From Pseudoxanthomonas kaohsiungensis (lineage in GTDB: Bacteria; Pseudomonadota; Gammaproteobacteria; Xanthomonadales; Xanthomonadaceae), in assembly GCF_010211765.1 (NCBI RefSeq), contig NZ_PDWO01000002.1:139581-163580 (forward strand): a DNA stretch of 24,000 nt, in the 5' to 3' direction. The position numbers and the translations under genes are program-made. Numbering within the stretch: the first letter of the stretch is position 1; each line of letters starts with the position of its first letter. Below are positions 8,259 through 14,102 of this stretch, piece after piece. The notes below the pieces were generated by a model that was given only the letters and a program-made list of their open reading frames with translations, was not told the origin of the DNA and did no database searches.

Positions 8259-9077
8259 TCAGTAACCGATCGCGATGCCCCGGCTGAGGGCGATCGCCTG
8301 CGCCACGTTCTGGCCCAGTATGGTGCGTCCCTGCGAGGTGCTGCGGACCACCTCCAGCTCCATCCAGTTGCTGGCCTGCTGTCCGTCCGCGGCCAGCTGG
8401 ATGGTCTGGCCCATGCCGCTGCGGCTGATCCACTGCTCGACCGCGCCTTGCCCATCGATCTGCAGCAGGATGCGGGCCGCATTGTTTTCCAGCTGGGCGA
8501 CGGCGTTCATGCCGTTGACCGATGTGCTGGCGACCATCGACTGCGCGGCGGCCGGAGCCGACGAGGCCGCCGTCGCCGAGGCTGTGCCCGCCGACGGGGA
8601 CGGTTCGTCGCGGATGGTGATCCTGGCCGTGTTGTGGGCGAGGTTGCCGTCGCCGGCGACCTGCACGCTCTGGGTCACGCCGGTCACGTTGGCCAGGCCG
8701 GCGTTGTCGATCTCGCGCTGGCCCGAGGGCGTCGGTGCGGGCGCATCGACGGCGGTGATGCTCACATGCGGCTGGAAGGTCACCACGGGCTTGTCGCCCT
8801 GCCGGGCGTCCATGGTCACGGTCATGGTGCTGGTCAGCTGCTGGCCGGTCTGGGTCTGCCAGGTCGACACCATGGTGACGCCGAACCAGGCCACGGTGTT
8901 GCTGCTGACCGTGTAGCGGCCGCGCATGTCGCCCATTTCCTCGTCGGTCAGTTCGGTCAGTCCGCTGGCGGCCGGCGCGTTCGTGGCCTGCGCTTCCTGC
9001 ACCTGCGCCCAGGCAGGCAACGCGGCCGGTGCGGTCGCCAGTCCTACGGCGATGCAGAGGGTGCGTTTTCCGTTCAT
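8259..9077 (-). CDS. fapE: FapE-like secreted accessory protein of the Fap amyloid system
   Basis: 272 aa with signal peptide MNGKRTLCIAVGLATAPAALPAWAQ. It sits between the C39 peptidase (fapD) and the barrel (fapF), 12 nt after the fapD stop. The assignment rests mainly on operon position and size, not on a motif I can verify by eye. Confidence 0.6.
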   Translation of the reverse strand: MNGKRTLCIAVGLATAPAALPAWAQVQEAQATNAPAASGLTELTDEEMGDMRGRYTVSSNTVAWFGVTMVSTWQTQTGQQLTSTMTVTMDARQGDKPVVTFQPHVSITAVDAPAPTPSGQREIDNAGLANVTGVTQSVQVAGDGNLAHNTARITIRDEPSPSAGTASATAASSAPAAAQSMVASTSVNGMNAVAQLENNAARILLQIDGQGAVEQWISRSGMGQTIQLAADGQQASNWMELEVVRSTSQGRTILGQNVAQAIALSRGIAIGY

Positions 9078-9089
9078 GGTCGTGTCCTT

Positions 9090-9800
9090 TCAGAACAGGT
9101 CGGCATGGGTGAAGCCGAAGTCGAGCAGCTCGGCGTCCGTGATCGGTCCCTGCCGCGCGTACAGCGCCCGCGCACTGGGCTTGGTGCTGGGCTGCAACAA
9201 AACCGTGTTTCGATCGAAGTCGGAGCCGATAACGACGAAAACCGCGCGGGAGGGCCACGCGGCCAGGAACTCGGGCAGGGGAACGACCCGGTTGCCCAGG
9301 ATCGGATCGCCGATTTCGACCATTTCGCCGGAGACCTGCTTCAGCACGACGAAATGACGGAAGCCGTTCACGTCCATCAGCACCAGGCCGGGCACGCGCA
9401 GACTGCGCAGCCGCGCTTCGTCGACGCGGTAACCGCGCCCGCGCATGCCCAGCGACTCGACGTAACGCTTGATGTCGAGCAGGGAGAATCCGCGCTCCTT
9501 GACCACCTCGGCGTCGGCCAGCGACAGCATGCCCTCGATGACCGTGGTCTCGTTCGCATCCAGGTGGTAGGCGTAGCGCAGGATGGTCGCCAGTGCCGCG
9601 GCGCCGCAGCTGTAGTCGGTCTGCTGGCGCACGAGGTTGCTGAAGCGTGCCTCGCGCATGCTGACCACCGGCGCATGGTAGAGCGCGCCATTGGGCAGGA
9701 CGCCGGTGAAGGCCACGTCCGCGGCCTGAAGCGGACGCGGTGAAGCGGCGCACAGCAACAGCATCAGCAGCATCAGGCTCGATCGCGGGAAGCGAGGCAT
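9090..9800 (-). CDS. fapD: FapD-like periplasmic C39-family cysteine peptidase
   Basis: 236 aa from the ATG at 9800, with signal peptide MPRFPRSSLMLLMLLLCAASPRPLQA; the longer listed ORF from 9926 has a non-signal Pro/Gly-rich N-terminus. C39 catalytic Cys context is QQTDYSCGAAALATILRY, and a downstream His lies in NGFRHFVVLKQV. It is stand-alone, with no ABC-transporter domains. Confidence 0.85.
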   Translation of the reverse strand: MPRFPRSSLMLLMLLLCAASPRPLQAADVAFTGVLPNGALYHAPVVSMREARFSNLVRQQTDYSCGAAALATILRYAYHLDANETTVIEGMLSLADAEVVKERGFSLLDIKRYVESLGMRGRGYRVDEARLRSLRVPGLVLMDVNGFRHFVVLKQVSGEMVEIGDPILGNRVVPLPEFLAAWPSRAVFVVIGSDFDRNTVLLQPSTKPSARALYARQGPITDAELLDFGFTHADLF

Positions 9801-9854
9801 GGAGGCATGTCCCTGTTGCGGCGCTTGCGGGAATGGGCCGCCGTGGGAGTGGAA

Positions 9855-9920
9855 GCCCCGTCCCGCGGGGGAGGCGGGACGGGGCGTTCCGTGAGTTCCC
9901 GGCCACGGCGGATGGCCGGG
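9855..9920 (-). terminator. Two strong GC hairpins in the fapC-fapD spacer; candidate attenuator or mRNA-stabilising structures after the major subunit gene
   Basis: On the minus strand, CCCGGCCA-N7-TGGCCGGG (9898-9920) has an 8-bp stem. GCCCCGTCCCGC-N7-GCGGGACGGGGC (9855-9885) has a 12-bp perfect stem followed by TTCC. Both lie in the 165-nt gap between the fapC stop (9966) and the fapD start (9800). Confidence 0.5.
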
Positions 9921-9965
9921 AGTCACTCTTTCATCCCTTGCGGGACATGGTTTCGTCGTTACCGA

Positions 9966-11489
9966 TCAACCACCACCACCCGTGCCGCCGCCACCGCCAC
10001 CGGTGGACGGCTGCGCCACGGCCATCGACAGGCTGTTGGCCTGCTGGTTGCCGGTGCCGGCCGACACGTTCACGCCGATGTTGCCGGACGCGCCCGAGAA
10101 GGCGCTGCCGGACAGCGTCGCGCTGTTGGTCGCGGCGGCTACGGTTTCGACGGTCGGGACCGCGAGTACGCCGGACAGCGACGCGCTCAACTGGTCCGGC
10201 CCCAGCTCGCCGAAGCTGATGGTGCCACTTTCGTCCGTATCGAAGGCGATGCCACCGACGCCGTCGGCGTACGGATTGTCGACCGCGTTCTGGATGTCGC
10301 CGTCCATGTCGAGGTGGCCGGTCGAATCCCCGTTCGGATGATCGAGCTCGCCATCCCAGCTATCCAGGTAGAAGTTGTCCTTCTGGTAGGCGCTTCCCCT
10401 TCCCGCATAGGTCACCCGGCCGAGGCTGCCGGTGATGTCACCCTGCAGGTTGATTGCGACTTCCCTGGTGCCTTCCTGGGTCAGCGGCGCATTGGAGACC
10501 GTATTGCCCTCGGAGATCTGGTTCGAGCTGACGCTCGCCTGGGCATAGGCACTGGTGGCGACCGAGGCTGCCAGCGCGTTCTTCTGGGCATTGTTGTTGC
10601 CGGACGTCACATTGACGCCGATGTTGCCGCTGGCGCCCCCGAACGCGTTGCCGCCAACGCTGGCGTCGTTGGCCACGCCCACGTTCACGGTCTGGTTGCC
10701 CGTGCCCTTCTGGTTGACGAACACTTCCGCATCGGCCAGGCCGAAGGAGAAGCTGGCATCGGCGGCCGAGAGTGCAGCCGCATTGTCCTGCACGTTGTTG
10801 TCGCCGGCAGCGGCGTTGAACTGCAGGTTTCCGGAGGCACCCGACGCGGCGTCTTCATCGATCGAGGCGTCATTGGTCAGCTGGGTGTTGACCCCGACGT
10901 TGCCGGACACCGACTGGCGGTTGTCGATCACGGCGATCGCAGCCGAGTCGATGTCGATGTTGCCGCTGAGGGTGGGTTCGCCGCTGAAGGAGATGTCGGA
11001 CGACAGCGAGAGGTCCTTCTCGAGGGTCACCGAGGTGTTGTGTTCCTCGCGATCGATGTTGGAATCGACATTGACCTGCTCGTCATGGGTGATGACGGTC
11101 TGGTCGTAGGTGAGCGATTCGTTGAGCTCCTGGTTGACCGTCAGGTTGGCTTCCTGGTTGACCGTCGTATTGAACTCTTCGTTGATCGCGGTATTCCATT
11201 CGAAGGTGTCGCTGTAATCGGTGCTGTAGTTCTCGGTATTGGTCACGTCCGAGGTGTAGTTGTCGGTGTAGCTGGTGCTGCTGGTAGCGTCGTTGGTCGT
11301 GGTGTTCGTGGTGGTGTTGGTGGTGGTATCGGTGTTCGTCGTGGTGTTGGTTTCGTAGTTGCGCGTGTCGTCGATGGTGACGTCCTCGTCCCAGACGATG
11401 ATGGTTTCAGTGGTCTCGGCATGAGCCACGGACGCAGTCGCCGCCGCCACTGCCATGGCAAGCACGGTCCACTTCAGATTCCTTTTCAT
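9966..11489 (-). CDS. fapC: FapC-type major functional-amyloid subunit, unusually long, with an N-terminal acidic Thr/Asn-rich extension
   Basis: 507 aa with signal peptide MKRNLKWTVLAMAVAAATASVAHA. It has three 37-aa imperfect repeats of the Fap signature (A-x-x-G-A-S-G-N-I-G-V-N-V-x-A-G-x-x-N-x-Q-x-N): DASIDEDAASGASGNLQFNAAAGDNNVQDNAAALSAA, DASVGGNAFGGASGNIGVNVTSGNNNAQKNALAASVA and SATLSGSAFSGASGNIGVNVSAGTGNQQANSLSMAVA. Good SD (GAGAGGACACC) before the ATG. Confidence 0.85.
   Translation of the reverse strand: MKRNLKWTVLAMAVAAATASVAHAETTETIIVWDEDVTIDDTRNYETNTTTNTDTTTNTTTNTTTNDATSSTSYTDNYTSDVTNTENYSTDYSDTFEWNTAINEEFNTTVNQEANLTVNQELNESLTYDQTVITHDEQVNVDSNIDREEHNTSVTLEKDLSLSSDISFSGEPTLSGNIDIDSAAIAVIDNRQSVSGNVGVNTQLTNDASIDEDAASGASGNLQFNAAAGDNNVQDNAAALSAADASFSFGLADAEVFVNQKGTGNQTVNVGVANDASVGGNAFGGASGNIGVNVTSGNNNAQKNALAASVATSAYAQASVSSNQISEGNTVSNAPLTQEGTREVAINLQGDITGSLGRVTYAGRGSAYQKDNFYLDSWDGELDHPNGDSTGHLDMDGDIQNAVDNPYADGVGGIAFDTDESGTISFGELGPDQLSASLSGVLAVPTVETVAAATNSATLSGSAFSGASGNIGVNVSAGTGNQQANSLSMAVAQPSTGGGGGGTGGGG
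10014..10124 (-). repeat. FapC amyloid repeat R3 (aa 456-492)
   Basis: SATLSGSAFSGASGNIGVNVSAGTGNQQANSLSMAVA. Confidence 0.8.
10557..10667 (-). repeat. FapC amyloid repeat R2 (aa 275-311)
   Basis: DASVGGNAFGGASGNIGVNVTSGNNNAQKNALAASVA. Confidence 0.8.
10761..10871 (-). repeat. FapC amyloid repeat R1 (aa 207-243)
   Basis: DASIDEDAASGASGNLQFNAAAGDNNVQDNAAALSAA aligns position by position with R2 and R3. Confidence 0.75.
11292..11351 (-). repeat. Imperfect 12-nt tandem repeat encoding (Thr-Thr-Thr-Asn)n inside the fapC N-terminal extension
   Basis: It translates to TNTTTNTDTTTNTTTNTTTN (aa 47-66). The plus strand shows reiterated gttggtggtggt-like units. Confidence 0.6.
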
Positions 11490-11532
11490 GGTGTCCTCTC
11501 TCTCTTGCTCTTTGGTTGGTTGGATTACCGCC

Positions 11533-12195
11533 TCACGGGCCGGGCGGGAGCGACAACGTCAGGACGTTGCCGGTCTCGTTGGCCGAACCCGCGATCTGAT
11601 TGAGCTGGAAAACGCCTTCGAACCCACGCAGCGCGGTGGCTTCCACTGCCACCTTGCGACTGGCGGTCCTCCCCGCCGGGTTGAAGGCGGTTTGCCGCTC
11701 CGCCGACGCGGCAACGCCACTGGACAGCTGGCTGTCCGGCGTTTCGCGTATGCCCTGTTGCGCCAGCACCATCGCCACCGCGTTGTGTTCCGCGTTGCCG
11801 CTGCCGCTGGCCTGGTTGATCGATGCGATGCCGCTGGCGCCCGCCAGCGCCGAGCCGCCGATGGTCGCGCTGGCGGCCACTGGCACGTCGTAGACGTCGT
11901 CGCTGCGTGCCTGGGAGGTACTCACCTGCACCATGGCCGCGCCGTCGCCGATGGCGATCGCGCGCAGGTTGGACTGCTGGTTGAGGTCGCCGGCCGCCAT
12001 GTTCACGCCGATGGCGCCGCTGCTGCCGGCCAGCGCGCGATCCGCGATCCGGGTCTGCGCCAGGTAGCCGAGCATGTCGGCGTAGTCATCGGCGGCACGC
12101 GCAGGGCCGGCTGCGAGCCAGGCGGCGCAGGCCAGCGCCAGCAGTGGCTGCCAGATGCCCCGTGCGGGGCGAGGGACGGCGACCGGCCTGCTCAC
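11533..12195 (-). CDS. fapB: FapB-type minor or nucleator amyloid subunit
   Basis: 220 aa from the GTG at 12195, which overlaps the fapA stop (GTGA). Signal peptide is (M)SRPVAVPRPARGIWQPLLALACAAWLAAGPARA. Three Fap-type repeats are ALAGSSGAIGVNMAAGDLNQQSNLRAIAI, SALAGASGIASINQASGSGNAEHNAVAMVLA and ALRGFEGVFQLNQIAGSANETGNVLTLSL. The listed 394-aa ORF upstream of the GTG is a shadow of fapA. Confidence 0.75.
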   Translation of the reverse strand: MSRPVAVPRPARGIWQPLLALACAAWLAAGPARAADDYADMLGYLAQTRIADRALAGSSGAIGVNMAAGDLNQQSNLRAIAIGDGAAMVQVSTSQARSDDVYDVPVAASATIGGSALAGASGIASINQASGSGNAEHNAVAMVLAQQGIRETPDSQLSSGVAASAERQTAFNPAGRTASRKVAVEATALRGFEGVFQLNQIAGSANETGNVLTLSLPPGP

Positions 12196-12686
12196 GGACC
12201 GGTTCCCTGGTTGCCACCCAGCGGGAACTGGGACAGTGCGCCGGTGACGGTCGAGCCGATGCCGCGGGTGGCGCCGGTCACCGCACCCGTCGCGCCGCCG
12301 ACGCTGCGGCTGAAGCCGCTGCCTGAGAAGACGCTGCTGTCGCCCGTCAGCCGACCCATCGATCCCTGCAGCGCCTGGCTGGTCATCTGCTCGGGCATGG
12401 TGACGCCGCCACGCGCGTCCAGTTGGCCCGACGCCATGCCGGCGATCTCGTCGTCCGACATCTCCCCGGTGCCCAAGGCATGGTCGATCTCCCGGTTCGG
12501 GGTCGGATCGACGATCAGGGCGATACTGGGCGGCGCCTCGCGATAGGCGTGGCGGGCGTTGACGTCCCGCAACAGCACCATCTCGCCGCGCTCCGGATGC
12601 ACGCCGACGTGGGCATCGGCGGCGCGTACGGCGGCCGGAGCCGCCAGCAAGGCGAACAAGGGCAGGCAGACAAGGCGTCGTGACAT
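12192..12686 (-). CDS. fapA: FapA-like small secreted, Gly/Ser/Thr-rich and probably disordered protein; first gene of the fap operon
   Basis: 164 aa from the ATG at 12686, with GGGGA 9 nt upstream. Signal peptide is MSRRLVCLPLFALLAAPAAVRA. The C-terminal half is low-complexity (GSGFSRSVGGATGAVTGATRGIGSTVTGALSQFPLGGNQGTGP). Assignment is by position and size; FapA is poorly conserved. Confidence 0.55.
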   Translation of the reverse strand: MSRRLVCLPLFALLAAPAAVRAADAHVGVHPERGEMVLLRDVNARHAYREAPPSIALIVDPTPNREIDHALGTGEMSDDEIAGMASGQLDARGGVTMPEQMTSQALQGSMGRLTGDSSVFSGSGFSRSVGGATGAVTGATRGIGSTVTGALSQFPLGGNQGTGP

Positions 12687-12721
12687 GGATGCAGTCCCCG
12701 CGTATAGGCGGAGACAACAGC

Positions 12722-12736
12722 GCACGTCCCGTGCCA
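12722..12736 (-). promoter_or_regulatory. Sigma-54 (-24/-12) promoter upstream of fapA
   Basis: The minus strand reads TGGCACGGGACGTGC, against the consensus TGGCAC-N5-TTGC. GG and GC are at exactly the canonical spacing, and the element ends 36 nt upstream of the fapA ATG (12686). Confidence 0.65.
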
Positions 12737-12754
12737 AGCCCTTTTTGTTTTATT

Positions 12755-12767
12755 TATCAGTCGCTTG
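12755..12767. promoter_or_regulatory. IHF-like site with A/T tract just upstream of the sigma-54 promoter
   Basis: The plus strand reads TATCAGTCGCTTG, against WATCAANNNNTTR, flanked by the only strongly AT-rich tract in the region (CTTTTTGTTTTATTTATCAG, 12741-12760). This is about -45 to -57 relative to the predicted start. Confidence 0.3.
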
Positions 12768-12914
12768 CGTTCTAACGCGAGGTTGCGCCCGTCCCGCTGT
12801 GTTACATCCGTGAAGCGGCGCGGACATGTGTTCCGGCCGCCAGAGCCCGCCACTACGGCCTCCGCCATGCTGTTTCAGGAGTGATACACCCCGTGCGGCG
12901 GGTTTACAGTCGGC

Positions 12915-13997
12915 TCAGAACAGCTCGCGCTGGGCAGGCGCGGCCAGTGGCGGGACGAACCGGCTGCAGTCCAGCGCCGCCAGGGACTGTGCGGGATAGC
13001 CGGCACGGCGACGGGCGAGCGCGAAACGCCGCTCGAGCAGGTCGGCATAGGGGCCGCGGCCGCGCATGCGCGCGCCGAACCCGGACTCGTAGTCCCGCCC
13101 CCCGCGCATCTGGCGCACGGCCGCCATGACCCGCGCGGCGCGTTCCGGCATGTGCGCCTCGAGCCAATCGCGGAACAGCGGGGCGACCTCGTGCGGCAGG
13201 CGCAGGAGCACGTAGCCGGCGCTTGCGGCGCCGGCGCCGCGCGCCGCCTCCAGCACCGCCTCCAGCTCGTGGTCGTTGACCCAGGGGATCGCCGGGGCGA
13301 ACAGCACGCCGACCGGGACGCCGGCATCGTGCAGCCTCCGCATCGCCCGGAGCCGGGCATGCGGCGCCGCCGCGCGCGGCTCCAGGCGCGCCGACAGCTG
13401 CGGATCGAGCGTGGTCACGGAGAAGTACACGTGCACCAGCCCCAGCGCCGCCAGGGGCTGCAGCAGGTCGAGGTCGCGTTCGACCAGGGCATTCTTGGTG
13501 ACGAGGCTGAAGGGGTGGCGGCACTCGAGCATGACCTCGACCAGCCGGCGGGTCAGCTCCAGGCGGCGTTCGACCGGCTGGTAGGCATCGGTGTTGATCC
13601 CGAGCGCGATCGGGCTGGGGCGGTAGCCGGGCCGGGCGAACTCGCGCCGCAACAGTTCCGGGGCGTTGGTCTTGGCGAAGATCTTCGTCTCGAAGTCCAG
13701 CCCGGGAGACAGGTTGAGGTACGCATGCGACGGCCGGGCGAAGCAGTAACTGCACCCGTGCTCGCAGCCGCGGTAGGGGTTCACCGACTGGGAGAAGCCG
13801 ACGTCCGGCGAGCGGTTGCGGGTGACGATGCTGCGGGCGCTCTCCTCGTGGACCTCGGTCCTGGGCCGCGACGGGTCCGGGCCCGCCTCCGGCTCCGCCA
13901 GCGGCGCCCAGCCGTCATCGGCCGCCTCGACGGTGGTCGTTTCGAATCGCCCTGGCAGGTACTGCCGCGAGCCGCGGCCCTTGATCGTGTCGGCCAT
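12915..13997 (-). CDS. Radical SAM protein (PA0069/SplB-like family)
   Basis: 360 aa with the CxxxCxxC cluster in [22 protein letters not shown]. The remainder is consistent with a TIM-barrel radical SAM fold. Confidence 0.85.
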   Translation of the reverse strand: MADTIKGRGSRQYLPGRFETTTVEAADDGWAPLAEPEAGPDPSRPRTEVHEESARSIVTRNRSPDVGFSQSVNPYRGCEHGCSYCFARPSHAYLNLSPGLDFETKIFAKTNAPELLRREFARPGYRPSPIALGINTDAYQPVERRLELTRRLVEVMLECRHPFSLVTKNALVERDLDLLQPLAALGLVHVYFSVTTLDPQLSARLEPRAAAPHARLRAMRRLHDAGVPVGVLFAPAIPWVNDHELEAVLEAARGAGAASAGYVLLRLPHEVAPLFRDWLEAHMPERAARVMAAVRQMRGGRDYESGFGARMRGRGPYADLLERRFALARRRAGYPAQSLAALDCSRFVPPLAAPAQRELF

Positions 13998-14102
13998 GGT
14001 CCAAGGCTACGCCCGCGGCGTCGCGCCAGGCGCGATGGCGGTCGCGCACTGGGGCGACGTTCATCACCGGGCCTGCGCCGCGCGCTCGCCTAGAATCCGC
14101 CC

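Noticed and set aside
9090-9926. C39 peptidase considered as the N-terminal domain of a bacteriocin-processing ABC exporter, or as a marker of a bacteriocin locus.
   Set aside because: The protein is a stand-alone ~236-aa peptidase with its own Sec signal peptide. There is no TM or ATPase domain, and no double-glycine leader peptide gene or ABC/HlyD genes nearby.
9966-11489. Considered calling the 507-aa repeat protein a curli CsgA-like subunit, an RTX/beta-roll protein or a generic adhesin.
   Set aside because: The repeat consensus (GASGNIGVN-x-AG-x-x-N-Q-Q-x-N) differs from both the curlin S-x5-Q-x-G-x-x-N-x-A-x3-Q repeat and the RTX GGxGxD nonapeptide. The surrounding genes (C39 peptidase, coiled-coil barrel) also fit Fap rather than Csg or a type I secretion system.
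6863-12737. Longest-ORF N-terminal extensions of fapF (to 8482), fapD (to 9926), fapB (to 12717) and fapA (to 12737).
   Set aside because: The extensions overlap the preceding gene or the sigma-54 promoter and encode Arg/Pro/Gly-rich sequence. They would also bury the obvious signal peptides. Internal starts with SD sequences and N-terminal signal peptides are more parsimonious.
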